Assembly: GCA_964057225.1 (NCBI GenBank)
Contig: OZ059899.1
Span: 16,182,001 to 16,246,000, forward strand
DNA from: Auanema rhodensis
Lineage: Eukaryota > Animalia > Nematoda
Direction of reading: 5' to 3'
DNA: 64,000 nt
The notes beneath the pieces are model-generated. The model saw only the letters and a list, made by a program, of their open reading frames with translations, was not told where the DNA came from and did no database searches. The position numbers and the translations under genes were made by a program. Below, piece after piece: positions 11,801 through 25,922 of the stretch; positions within the stretch are counted from its first letter, which is position 1, and each line of letters opens with the position of its first letter.

Positions 11801-14800
11801 TTTTTCCAAAATTAGAAGAAGCTTTTGAATGACACCGTAGTTCTTATACTATATATACTATATATAGATAAGAATATGGAAAATAATGAAAAAGGGAAAA
11901 CAGCTCCTTTGCTTAACTGACGTAGCATTTGATATGAGATATGGAGGATTCTTAGTAGTATTGTCTTGGTATACGGTAGTTTGTTGAAGAAAATAAAAGA
12001 GATTTGGAGATAGAACGCCATAAACAGAACATGGAGAAGAAGTTGGAAGATGATGAGATAAAAATAAGAAGAAACAACCGTTCTGCCTGTGAATACAAAA
12101 TGAAAATGAGGAAAAACGGCATGTGACTCGTCACGTGCAGAAAAACCTCTGTGAGATTAGCGTACGTAGTCGAGCAATGGATAACCTGAGGCTAAGGCTT
12201 ATCGAAATGAAGCAAAGATTGCAGGGATATATGAATGATTTGATATGAGTTAGAAAGAATTTCAAGAGAAATGGAACTTTTGGTGAGGCTATATGCACAA
12301 GTAGATGAGTTGGATACAAGATATGAACTTTGACAAAGTGATTATCTCAAGAATATCTGGAGCGTATAAGAAATATTATCGCATGACATATAGTTTAATG
12401 AAAAGTTTTTGATTTTGCTTGAAAAGGTAATGAGAAGTTGGGGGGGGGAGGAAAGGTATGCGAAAAGAATTAAAAAATACTTTTGTTTCTGAGATAGTTA
12501 AGTAGATTGCAAGCATTATATTAAGAATATTTAAATTTATTTTATCAGCGAAAAGGTTACATATTCTTGGAAATTGAGATACATTTGGTGATGACATAAG
12601 CAAAACGATGAAGAAAAGACAAAATATCTGAATTTTCGCTCATCCGCCCGTAGATAGAATCAGAATAAAGGTACGAATGGGCGGAGAATGATGAGATTAG
12701 TGTTTATATTAAGAAATTGGTGGTAAGCTGGAAGGAATAGAAAGAAGTTGAAATAGAACCGCATGAAATGTGAGAAGAATAGAAGGGAGAGAGAGAGAGA
12801 GAAAGAGAGAGAAAGAGAGAAAGAGAGAGGTAGTAAAGTAGAGGTAGGTAAAGAATGATAAAAAGAGATAAAATGTTTACAGAGAAATAGAGAAAAAGAT
12901 AAAGGAAGGGGGAGATATTACGTAAAGAAGAGTGGATTAACTCAATACTTCCTTTCATAAAATAAATTCAGACATAAGATAAGAGATGGAATGTTGTCGA
13001 TAGTTGACTACCTACCACTGAGCTTATCTCAAGTTAGTTGAGGGATTCTTATAATCAATGGAAAGTACGAGAAACAGTTATACAATAAAAGAAGAAAAGA
13101 ATTATTTCATCACAAGGTAATGAAGTATGGTGAGAGAGAAGGGGCGATGCAGAGAAAGAGATAGAAAATTATATCAAGTAGTAGACATCATAATGCTAGA
13201 CGTCATTGCAGCAGATTACGGTATGCATAAGTCTAGCAGCAGTAGCAGCAGCAGCAGGCTTCATATGGTATGATACTCAGACATGTGCGTACAATGATTT
13301 TACCAAAACGACCAAATTCTTACAGACATTATTGACTCATAATAATTGAAATGAAAACAGTATTCATGGAAATATGTCTGATGAAGTAAATTCTTCATGT
13401 CTAGTTTCATGACTATTTCAAAAATATTCATGTTGTTATATTAGAATGAAGCATTTCGAGAACATGGCTGGAAATACATATGTGGCTGACTAGTAAAAGA
13501 AGACAACGATTGAAAGTATGTCTTAAGAGAGTAAAAGGGAAAGAGAGAAAGAGGGATGAGAATATTTCTTCAAATTACGAGATGCTACCAAAGTTATAGA
13601 AATTTATGCAAAAAGGAAAACATAATCAAATATTGATTGTGAATGAATGAATGATAATAGCCGGATACACATCATAAGAATAATTATCAAACTTTATACA
13701 GACAACAAAGGCAGTGAAATTGAGGTTATAGCATATCATATGAAAATGAATTTTTTTACTTTTTGCTTGTAAAACGTTTTTGGAGCATAATCCGATTGAC
13801 ATTTTGGATTGGAAAAATATCTTGCACGAAATCAATTGAAGATGATTTAGAGTGAAAGACAAGAAAAAATAACAAGAACTAAAAATAAATTGAAAACGAA
13901 GATGGTTGAATGATGTAGGGAGGTGGGGGAATGATGATGATGAGGAGAAGGGAGGAAGACTGATTTGTCGTATGAAATAATGAGAAATCAATTTATTATA
14001 CAATATTCATTTAAATTGACAGAAATTGGAAATGCTTAGATGTTTAAGTTGATACAAGTTCGATGTTTTACAGCATTTTACTAACATAAAAACTGTTGTA
14101 GCCAAGCATGCAGCGTTAAGGTTGTGGTTGAACTTCGAATTTCTGGGTCCAACATAACGCATGCATCTCTCATTGACTAAGTGGGTCACCTCAGACTCAG
14201 AAGATGAGCTGTCGAAATGACTTAGAAGATAAAAAAACCCATTGCAACCTTACTGTAACGCAACAGTAAGATAAGTTGAGAAGAGAGAAAAAATGATGCA
14301 AAAAAGGTATTATAACCTTTAAAAAGGGATATGAGTACATCAAGTCACTTAGTCAGGACTGCTTCTCCGTTTTTTTTGTTCTTTTTTTGTTTCATTAAGG
14401 AAAAAAGAAATTGGTTAGGGGGTCGGTTACTTATATATGACTCAAATGATGTTACCTTTTTGGGAAACATTGCAAGGTGTTGTAACCAATGCCTACCTAT
14501 CCCCCCCCTCTCCCCTCTTTTCATTGAATTTGTTAATCTTCCCAGTCTAAGAATAACGGACATTGGATCATCATCATTAAAAGATTTGATATTTAAACTG
14601 AAAATAATTTGATTTTTGAGAAAAATAACATTCAAAACAAGAAACAAGGATAGGATAGTAGTAGTAATAGTAGTTTTAGGGTTAAAATGTAAACACTGAA
14701 TACAACCGCATACTCATCTGTCATATATTGAAAATAAAAAGTGAGCTAAGTCACACGTTCACGCGTGAAAACGAGCTGCAGGCGGCATTCACGTGAACTA

Positions 14801-16005
14801 GTACACTGTTAGTGCGTGAGTTGTTTACGTGATAAATATAGTTAGATAGATGGGTATATATGATGATCATGAAGATTTTTGATGTTGTAAAACAGTAAGT
14901 AAACGTTTACATAGGGGTCAGCATGTAACACTTAATGAAATGTGTTCGAATGACTCTGTTTAATTCAAAAAATGGAGGGAAAAAAAACGACGAGATGTGA
15001 CCGATATCTAGTGATTTCATCAAAAAGTACACACATGCTGTACAAAACTTGGCAGCAACGCACTATTTCTGACAAATCTCTAAGAAATCATGTGTGTATG
15101 TGTATGTGTGTAACAACTTGACAGAAAAAAACAAAGATTTTGGAAAGAAACAGTGCCAATAAGGCAATGTGTTGTAATGACATGAAAGATAAGTTAAGTT
15201 AAGGAGAGAGAGAGAGAGAGAGGTGGAAGGGATTGTTGTGTAAGAGAAAAAGAATAAATGATTGAAGTATATAAGGCAAAAGAAAGATTGTTCAAAGGGT
15301 TTCTAGTTTTGTTAGTTAATATATAACATATAATATATATATTATTATTAATTAGATATAAGATTAAGAAAGAGAGAGAAAGATACTGATTAAGAGAGAC
15401 TTGTGGTAAGAAGGAATTACTTGGATAGCAGGTTACAGAAGATGAAGATTGAACGAGAGCTAAGAAGAAATTCTAAGAAGATTAGTCATAACAGAAGCAT
15501 ATTCTATATAAGGCGTAAAGAGAACAATGACAGATTATTAACTATACGTATAAATTGAATAAGTTTGAGGTCCTTATACAAAGATTTTAGACACACCATC
15601 TCGTTTATTCAAATAAAAGTCTTTTTTTCTTCATTTCATTCTCTATCAAACAACCCTCTGTCTATTCAAATCCTTTTATTTTTGCTCATTCCTCATCTTT
15701 CTTAGTCATTTTTTCTTATTTTTCGTCGCCAAATTTTTCTTTCTTTACCTTTCATCATTAGTAGAACGAAATAAAACTTTTTTATTTGAAAATAGACCTA
15801 AGAAATGATGAGTAGAGAAGTAGTATGATCTAACTAGATGCGGAGAATGATTCATGGGCATGAGCTACCTCATCCGCATCCTCAATTTCCTATTTACTAC
15901 ATATTGATAATCAAAATGAATTTGCAACGTTTACAGAGGGAGGGAAAGAGGGAGAGAGAGAACAAAGAGATGAAATTTTAAAAAACAACAAAAGATATAC
16001 ATGTA

Positions 16006-16047
<42 letters not shown>

Positions 16048-18633
16048 CCTAAAGAGAAAGAATGTTAGGATAGAATAACCAACATTGAATATAAGAATAT
16101 GTTAAATGTTTTAATCTAACCATATGACATAGTTATAAGAGGAGGAAGTATGAGTAAGAGGATTCAATTTGCTTTTGCAGCTTAGGCTTTATCATTATAG
16201 TAATCAACTTTTGGATGAATTGGTTGTTGAAATTGACGTGGACGCACGTCATTCATAATTGGCAGAAAATGGATATGTATATGAATAATAGAAAGAAGAG
16301 AATAATACAAAGACAAAAAATTTATTAAAAAAAACGTGAAACATACTGACCTGACTGATGAATTCGATCAGGTGGTCAAGTTCATGATCAGCTTCGATCT
16401 CTTGAGAGTCTTGTCGACTGATGGAAGTTGAGGGGCGAGATGCTGGAATCAAACGAAAGGTTATCGGAATTGTAAGGAAGGAAGAAATAAAAAGTTGAAT
16501 ACGAATCAAAATACATCTCAAAAACTAATTTTCGACACGCTGTATGAGTGAAAGCTGCAGAAAAGGTTGTGAAATGTTGATGACTTTAGTTTTTTTGTTC
16601 TATTATTATCTCCTTGAGCATAAATGTTTGTGAGAATAGTTAAATGTAGGTAAATTAGCTATGACTTTATGTGAGTTTCCCGTGTCATTTCGTTCAATTC
16701 AGAACCTTTTTTTCTATTTTTAATATTAAAAAAAGAGATAAAAGTCACTTGTGTTAACACTAGAGGGTGAGTAATTATCGAAGCCACTTAGTAAATCCTC
16801 CATAATTGTTTCAAGGGCGTAACGTTTTTCTTCTTCGCGATTTGACTAAAATACAAGAAAATATGAATGAAATGAAGATAATATATAAGCATACATATGG
16901 CTTTTGTGTGTTTGAACGATGTTGAGAATGTAATGAACAGTTTGGAAAACAGATACTCTGATTGAAATAGAGTATCTGAGAGAAGACTTATGAGAAGTAA
17001 TGGCTGTTGTCACATACCAAAATGCTGCTAAAAGGTTTGAAAAGCTCGTTCAAATCTTTTGTTCAAACTTGGTTAGTACTCCCACCCTCCTTTTTCTCTT
17101 TCTCTCTCTCTCCCTCTCCTTATTAAAACCTCATTGTCACATTTGAAACTAATCATTCCGGATACGGTTCTTCCTCTATCATGATACCTTTAATTCTAAT
17201 GGATGAATTTTTAACAGAGAACATAGTTTAATTGGAAGAAATGATTTCAAAAGATGAAAAGCACGAAAATTCATTCATTTATGCAAAAAGTGCATCATTT
17301 ATTGGAAATGATGTGCGTGAAAACAAAAAAAGTTTTCGAAACGAGCATGCTCTTCGAGCAGTAATAAGCTGCGCACACGTACTAGGAAATAATATTTGAA
17401 ATCGGAATTGTGTTTGATATTAGAGACAGAAAAAATAAATTTTTATATGAGAAAACGGAAAAGGAACTTACCAAATCAGTATTATCGAAAGGAAAAATTG
17501 TCGTCAGTTCCGAATCAGAAAGATATTGTACCGCGTGTGCAGATGATTGTCGGTGGTAGAACAACATCAGAAAATCAGAGCAATCATTAGGCGAAAGCTG
17601 GAAATAAGATCATTGCTAGCTGAGGGTTCTAAGCCTTTTTTAAAAGAAAAAGGGACGTCTGTACTGGCTTGAGATGAGAAGACATCGATAACGTTGTTGA
17701 AACATTCAAAAATGAAGTAAAGCATGGACCACAAGAAAGAGAAATCACATGATTTTTTAAAAAAAAAAAGAAAAAAGTGATGTGAAAAGGCCGGAAATTT
17801 AGAATAATTAGACAATTGAGAAGTAAAAAGATGAACTATATCTATATATATCTATATATCTTTAATGCTCATTGTCACTTAAACGGACACTCTGTGACGT
17901 CAACATAAACCAGCTGAGCATGAGGAAAGGGGGAGGAGAGCAGTGGGTTCCTTGTCTGATGTGGAGAGCATCCTTGTTCAGGATTATATTGCAATATCCA
18001 TTGTTTTCTGCATAAATACAACAGTATTGTTAAAATTCTGATTAGCACATGACGTCAATTTCAGTTTTTGATGAGAAGAAGAAAGAAAAATTGAATTGTT
18101 AAGTTAAAAGTTCAAAGTGTGCTCCTTAGTGATTGTGAAGGAGGATGATTCATTATGAATTGAACGCTTAATTACATTTTTTTGTGTAAACTGGCACCAG
18201 CTTGGGGTTACCGCTGATTACCAGAATGTGGAAAAAGTTGGACCTCCCGGAGAGGAGAGAGACCTGGGCAGCCAGCTGCTGCACACAGAACGAGGCAGGT
18301 CGTGGGAAAGAAGGCGGAGACATCAACATGTCCCGAAGATTTTTGCACTCAGAATTAAAAAAGAACGAAAACTAGAAAATGATATAAGAAAGACGAAGAG
18401 AGAGGGTGACAGAAAGCCTGAGGTAGAGAGAGAGAGATAGAGAGATTAAGGAAGAAAGCGTGAAAGAGGAACTGATAGAGAGAGAAGGTGAAAGTGTGAA
18501 ATCAAATGCGAGGGTTGAAAGTTGTAAGAGGGCAAGAAACAACCAAAGAGGAAGAAAAAATGACGTCAAACGCTCAAACGATATTTTCATCATGACTTGT
18601 TTCACCTATGACTTCAATATCTTGGTCTCTCAT
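8816..18633 (-). CDS. nhr-6: Nuclear receptor NR4A (Nur77/Nurr1) orthologue
   Basis: [64 protein letters not shown] and A-box [14 protein letters not shown]; LBD exons run to the stop at 8816. Phase-compatible 5' exons are 18633-18606 (MRDQDIEVI), 16442-16351 (ASRPSTS...[11 protein letters not shown]), 11544-11258, ~11200-11053 and ~11002-10920. Identity is very secure; the two 5'-most exons are inferred. Confidence 0.93.
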
Positions 18634-19735
18634 GACAAAGCAAAGCTATATATCTGTTCTCTTAGATTTATCGAATCGTTTACGAGAGTTCAGACATCGT
18701 CAGGAAATCGTCATCGGGCTACTAAGAGTCAGATTCCGAAGAATGACTGTTCAGGCGGAAGACTTCGAGGAAGGAAAAATTGGATTGAACAGCTCCGTTA
18801 ACTGAAGCTTTAAGCTTGATGTCACAGTTTAAGGTTACTGTGGAAAATGTATAGTTAAGTGGATATGATTAAGAGAAATTAGCTGCATATTGCAAGAGTT
18901 GTTGTTTGAATAGCTTATACTTCAATAGAAGCAGCATGAGCAAGAAACAAGTTGTAGCACAGTTCATGCCCTCTCGATGCCCCGGGTGTCTCCACACGTG
19001 GAGAAGGGGGGGGGGCATTATATTTCCAGCGTCAGTTAATTCTGTATATCTGTATATCGATGGATTCACATTTTCTATATGACAGGACAGAAAGAGTCAG
19101 GAAGCATGCTGTATAGAGTTCAGGCCCGGAAACGTAAGCTTCATAGCTTAGGTATAAGGGTGTGAAGCCTCTCTTCACACTCTGTTGCTTTTCGAACAAC
19201 GTTGAAACAACTCTTCAGCAAAGTCTTCCGGTTTAGATCATAGATCATGAAATATGGATCATTAGTTCAAAATCTGGACGTAACTTTAATTATATATTTC
19301 TATAATGACAATATTACAGAGTATAATCTAAGATATTAGGAAATATAATAGTTTAAAACGTTTTTTTTTCGAATATATTGAGTTGATTTGAATAAAAACT
19401 ACGAAAAAAAAAAGTAAATGAGAAAGAATAAAATCTTTAAAAAAGCATTTGATATTCGAAACAAAGTTTTTGATATATACTTAGATAGATCTATGAAGCC
19501 AGAAAAAAAAAAGATTCTGTGACATTTTGAATAGAATAATTGAATTATATAAATGAATAATTAAATATAATATTTTAATAAACATATGAATAATATGAAT
19601 CAAATACTAAATAATTATAATAAGTTTTGCTTTATACAGATGTATATGTTACATCCTAAATGTCATCTTTCATTTTGATCTTTTTGATTGAAATATACGT
19701 AGATTTCTATATTTCTTTTACATTTATACTAAGGT

Positions 19736-19778
<43 letters not shown>

Positions 19779-20095
19779 AAGAGAGAGTTATAGAACTACT
19801 AGCCGATTCTCTCTAATCAGAATCAAAGCCAACTTAGGTTGATACTAAAGTGATATTGACGTCAATTGGTGAACAACAACACATTTAGGTGCGATGGAAG
19901 AAGGCGGTAGCAGTAAGGAGAAAGGTGGCCCATGCTGCTGAAGCTGTTAGTGCTGGTGTCGAAGGTTAAAATGGAAAGGCGTGGCTTTCAATATCCTCCT
20001 ACGCTGATCTATTCGATTATAGTTTGAAAAATTACTTCCAAAAAAAATAATATTGTGAAAATTCAGGATGTTAAGAAGACGTAAGAAGACATTAT

Positions 20096-20157
<62 letters not shown>

Positions 20158-21951
20158 ACAAAGAAGCTTAACTATATAATTTATAAAGTAGAATAGTTAA
20201 GAATAATTAGTTTATTATATGAAAAAAAAAGATTTGTTATGAATATGCTGATAAAATTATTTCATCTATAAGGAAGCAAAAGCTTTTTTGTATATTTAAT
20301 TCTTCAAAATAAGTTAAATTATTAACAATTTTTGTTTCTTTTCTATATATATATGTATAGATAGATAGATAGATAGATTAATATAAATTTTAGAAACAGA
20401 CAGATTTGATAAAGAAAAGTTGAAAAGAAAGAGTGAAAAGAAAGCAAAAATGTTCACAATTTGATTTTCTATTGAATCAGATTCATTAATATATTAAAGT
20501 AAAAGTAAAACAAATAATGAAAATATTAAGAGAAATTCATTAAAAAAACAAAAAAATAATCTTTTTGATGTTAAATCAATGAAAAGTTAGAAAATGAAGG
20601 AGAGAATGAGATATAGAGAGATGAGGTCAGGTCGAAAAATGTTTAAAAAACTGAGATCGTAGCATGAGAACACCCACACTTCTCAACAAATAAAGTCATT
20701 ATGATATACCAATTATAATGGCTTCAATGGCTTATTTGGATAAGCCACGTCATCTGAAGCTTGTCGTCGTTGTCGCCTAAGTGTGTGTGTGGTATAGTTA
20801 GCAACTTAACAGCTTAATTATGCCATTTGTTTGAGGCATAACCCGAAAGCCACATAGATGCATCTCATTCTGATGACATAGTGATGATTTAATATAGATA
20901 TAAATTGTTTTCAACTCATTAATGATATTAAAAAAAACAGAAAAGTGGTGGTGGAGGCACACAAAATGAACGTCACACGTTGTTGCATAGTTTAATGAGC
21001 CATTTTCTGAGTTATTATATTCAAAATTAATGAATGATCAAAGAAAGTTTCTTATTAAACATGAAAATGTGTGTTATATATTGAATTATAATATGACATT
21101 AGTTTAGAAATGAAGGTAAAAAGATGAGTTGGATATTGGAAATATATATAGAGAGAGAGGGGAGAGAGAGAGAGAGAGGAAGGGAGAGAATGACATATCA
21201 GGAAGAACGTAGAAGCATTGTTTAACATCAAAATGAATAACTATCATAAATAAATTCATATTTATATATATTTATATAGTTATATATCAGTTTCTAATTA
21301 TATATTTAACTTTTGGTTTGACGTTAAAAAGACGTTCAAGTAGATATCTTTGGTGTAGAATTCTTGGACGACAGGTGTGAATAAGATCTCTGTTTAAGCT
21401 AGATAGCTAATAGATTATGCTGGAACACAGCAAAATATTTAAAAATTTCAAATTTCAATGAGGAAGAAGGATTCCATGAAATTCTTATGTCACTGAAGAT
21501 CACACGTTCCGGAACAGAAATGTTTTGATTTGGCTGTCTCGCTTACTCTGGATTGTTCATTCGAATGCGAGACATGGAACAAGACTGGATGAGCAAGTTT
21601 CATTGCTAATTGGCTAAGCCTATCTAGCATGTATATGTGAGTAACTTTTTCTCTTTCTCTCTCATTATTACACACTCTCTAACTGTCTCTTTTTCTTTTT
21701 TTCTCTGTTCGTCACGTAGTCACCATCGTCCGGAAATGGAAGACTTTGACTGGCAATTGTTAACGGATATAAACAATACAATAGTAAGAAAACAATAAAA
21801 AGTAATAAAAAAAAGTTCTCAGAAGTCCGATGAAGGTTTGAATAGGTTGCGAGAAAAAAGATTGAAGATGAATTTTGAACAATAATTATTTCAATTAATA
21901 TTTAAGATTAATCACATTATATCATTTTTCTCTGTCTTTCTCTCCCCTCTC

Positions 21952-21985
<34 letters not shown>

Positions 21986-24175
21986 CTTCCTTTGTTCTAA
22001 TATTCCTTCACTGATTAGAAACAAATTTTTCTTTAGTAAAGTAATAAGCATATAACAATTGGTTTCAATCTTCTAATGTTTCATCAGTATAGAAGGAACA
22101 TAGTACAAAGTTTTGGAATAAATAAGAGGATTTACTATAAATAAGAAGAATTAACTATAAAAAGAAAATAATAAGATAAGGAATAGGTTAATGATGAATA
22201 ATTGAAGTTGAAACGAAGTATTCCATATAATTAGTCATGATAGATAGATAGATAGAGGGAGAAAGATAAAGAGAGGGAGAGATAAAGAGAGAGAGAGAAA
22301 TCATGAAAAAAAGCTTTAAAGCTCTCTATTCCTTTCTAAAAATGAATGATAACTTTGATATCACATATATATAGTCAAGCGTTAATTAAAAAAATAAAAT
22401 GCCACCCATAATTAATTGAAAATCATCTGTCTACGAGCCTATGTAAGAAATACGATCGACGTAAAAGAATCTAATGTATGTACATAATTCTTTATTGATT
22501 TCGATATTTGTTACTATTTATATGCATAATTACTATTAATAAAAATATAATGCTGAACCTGATGAGGCAACAACTCAACGTTCAAGCTGCTTGCTTTAGT
22601 CAGATATTTACTTCATTTATGATTCACAACTATGTTGAATGATCTAGAAGCTGTTCATTCATTTTCTTCATGGTTCGAGAAGCAGGTGAGGTCAGCTATG
22701 GCGTCGTTGTCTGATTACGCTCTTACGTAAGAAGCAGGAAGACATTCACGACGTCAAAGACGTGGTCACAACGAAGAACAAGCATCGCCTAGCTTCAAGT
22801 ACGTATTTGAATAATTTGGGTCGTTATCATGTAATAAGCTTCAAGATGAGCTTTTTAGTGAGGTCGAGAACAAAGGATGTTCAAAGCAATGCAAAATCAG
22901 ATTCTGTTTTTATGGAAAGAAAATGAATAAAGAGAAAGAGAAAGAGAATGAGAAACGAAATATGAAGATAGAGAGAGTGCAAAGCAGAAAGAAACAAGTA
23001 CGATTTCGACTATTAAGTTCCTGGATGTCGCCTCTCTTGGATGAAACGACCTTCTGAATCTTTTTTCTCTCTCTCTCTCTCTCTCTCTCGCTCTCCCTCT
23101 CTCTCTCTTTATCTGAATACCTCTTTCTCTCTTATCTATATGCTTTATCATACAAACTACATACTTGAAATATAGTTTATGATAAAACATATGTCAGAAT
23201 CAAATTTTGTTCTACAAACCGCATAGTTACCGCATAGTTAAATCCATATTTACTCATAATATAATGTTTTTTTTGTATTTTTTTAAATAAAATAATAATT
23301 CAATAAATAGTTTTGCAAAAAGGTAAGAAACCTTCTATTGCATGTTCAGTTTTAAATTTCATTTTTACGGACAATGAGAGAGAAACAGCATGTAGGCATG
23401 AGAGGGAACGAGAGTAAGAAAGGATCACGACGACGATGATGAGGAGGTGGAGGAGGAGGACAAGCATACACACACACACATACACTCATGTGGGGGTGGA
23501 TGATCCATATGCAAGGCAGAGAAGGATCTGAAGCTTGGTATCAAGAATGAAAGTCAATTGTCATTTGAATCATAGGTATTGATAACACAAACTATGAAAT
23601 AATTGATTTTCCTACTCACAAAAATTAATTTTTAAATCAAAATGCTTGAAGAGAAGGTTCGAACCGTAATAAGTTGAGAAGTGATTGAGATGATACATTA
23701 GGTAATTACTCTGAGAAAAGCTTTCTATGTTTGAAAGTTTAAAAAATTCCCAAAAACTTGAAAATAATGAATAAGGCAATGGGAACGAGTTTATCAAGTT
23801 GGCTTACTGTAATCTGAAACAAGAGGTGAAAGCTCATACAGTAATTACTGTACAGAAGACAATAAAGGATTAGAAAGACGAATAAGCATAGCAGGCTGAA
23901 GTACTGATGAGATCAGATAGTTTCCAACTTGTCTGTTGTTTGCAACTTGATGGTCTCGAGATCATGCAGCTTGGACACAACGAGACAAGATGAACTGAGT
24001 GGATTGTTCAGAGATGAGCCGAAGGTTCAAACCCATTCTTCCTGATCTGTGAAGAAACGCCCTCCCTTCTGCACTCGTTTTTCTATGTATGTAAAGAGGG
24101 ATAAGAGAGTGGAGCTGTTGATGCCTTTGTGCATTTTCCTGAATTCAGATGCCTGAGCTGGAAAAAATGACGTCA
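17895..24175. promoter_or_regulatory. Cluster of perfect CRE palindromes (TGACGTCA) around the nhr-6 5' end
   Basis: TGACGTCA at 17895-17902, 18050-18057, 18561-18568, 19857-19864 and 24168-24175; a sixth at 34495-34502. Confidence 0.65.
20098..20157 (+). repeat. (GA)n microsatellite followed by a poly-G run
   Basis: About 24 AG units, then about 12 G. Confidence 0.9.
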
Positions 24176-25922
24176 TTATAGATCAATTAAGCATATTCAA
24201 AATGACTTGCTCTTTCGTTGAGCTGAATAACGACTCACTAATCATTTTAACTGTTTGGCATTCATTCACTCGGAAATATTTCTTGCTCTCATTTGCATAA
24301 GCAACATGAGAAGCATTTTTTAATTGTTTCTTTCCAAACTAATTTCTTTAAAAAAATAAAACGAAAAAATTATTCCGCCTACATCATTGGCAGCGTTGTC
24401 ATTCAAAGAGAGAGAGAGAAAAAAGGGGAGAGAGAGGGAGAGCCAATTGAAATGCGTTCATATATTCCATTGCGTTGATATCATCACATTAGATCGGCCA
24501 TGCTTTACCTTTTTTGATCTTTTTGTTGACTTTTTTTAAAATCTGTAGTTCTGGTATTCATCATGTCATGGTCTTTCTGTATATATCAAAAAGTGCACAC
24601 TCTCTTCCTTCCCCTCTTCCTTCCCCTCTTTCTCTCTATCTCTCTCTCTCTATCTATCTCTCTATCTCTCTTTCTCTTTCTCTTTCTCTCTCTCTATGTC
24701 CAAAATGGAAAAAAAAGATAAAAAATATTAAAGGAATCATACAGCACATGCTGCTCATGAATATTACGTATGAAGATTCAATTAGCCTCGTCATGTCCGA
24801 CCACACGTGCCTCTTGAACATCCTTGTTCATGGAATTCCCCCGTCAACAACGTCAGAGGCTAGTTATGGTTCTCGTCCAAACATCTTCAGTTTTCATCGT
24901 TCGCCGGTCTTTCTTTATTCTTTCTTCCTCATCCACCCTCAATCGGTGTCACATCATTCTTCCGCATCTGGCAGTACAAATCAGATTGGATGGATGTGTG
25001 ATGTGGCAAACAGAAGAAGAAGCATGAAACACGTAGTAGACGTCTATTCATTCATTTTCTTTTCAACTTTTCTCAGTTTTCTGAAACAATCAAACATGAG
25101 ATGGAATGATCTCAAGAGAACGTAGATGATGAATACAAGGCTTATAATCCTCCTGCTTTTCCACCCCCCTCTTTCTCGTTGTGAGCCAATTTGTTATAAC
25201 CTTCTGAGTTAACCCCTGATTTTAAATTTAAAACAATTATTAATAAAATTTATTTCATTTTTGTAATATTATACTCAAATGGCGAAAAAAATAGAAGATA
25301 AAACGACTAGAACATCACAAGAATCATCGTATTTTGAACTGTAATAACTTTGAAAAGGAAAACTGAATATAAAGAAAGAATGTGAACACCGGAAAAGCAA
25401 ATGGAAATCTCTTGTTTTAAAGCTAAAATATGAGAATTTAATCAAATGAAAACACAAAAATGTATATATGTATATGATGGGATTAAATAATGGTCTAAAC
25501 CAAAGACCTCCCGATTTCTGAGAGAAAGCATGAAAGTTGGGAAATTCAAATCGACTTAAAAGCTTAAGTACTTTCTTGAAAAACAATCAATGTTTGATAC
25601 AGATTCCAATGAAAAACATTGAGGTTTTAAGATTTGAAACGTGCAGTTCTATATTACCAGAGAAGACATAAAAAGGCAAAAAGTTAAACTTCATAAGTTT
25701 CAAAAAACATTTTTTTCCTGCCGCATTAAGGTTGGGAGAATAGGATGAGGGAAGAAAGGACAAGCAATGTTACCCATACCGTGAAATCGTCTTTTTTCAA
25801 TTTTTCAATCAATTTGATGAAAATGAGGATTAAAAGCTCTCAGAAAAAATATACAAATATTAAATAAAAAATAATTCGATGTTCGAATAAAGATGGAAAT
25901 TTGATAATCACTTTGAATGAGT

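Noticed and set aside
24514-25125. 203-aa + strand ORF, the longest in the track
   Set aside because: It starts at TTG, runs through a (CT)n tract (SLSLSL) that suppresses stops, and shows no domain or supporting splice structure.
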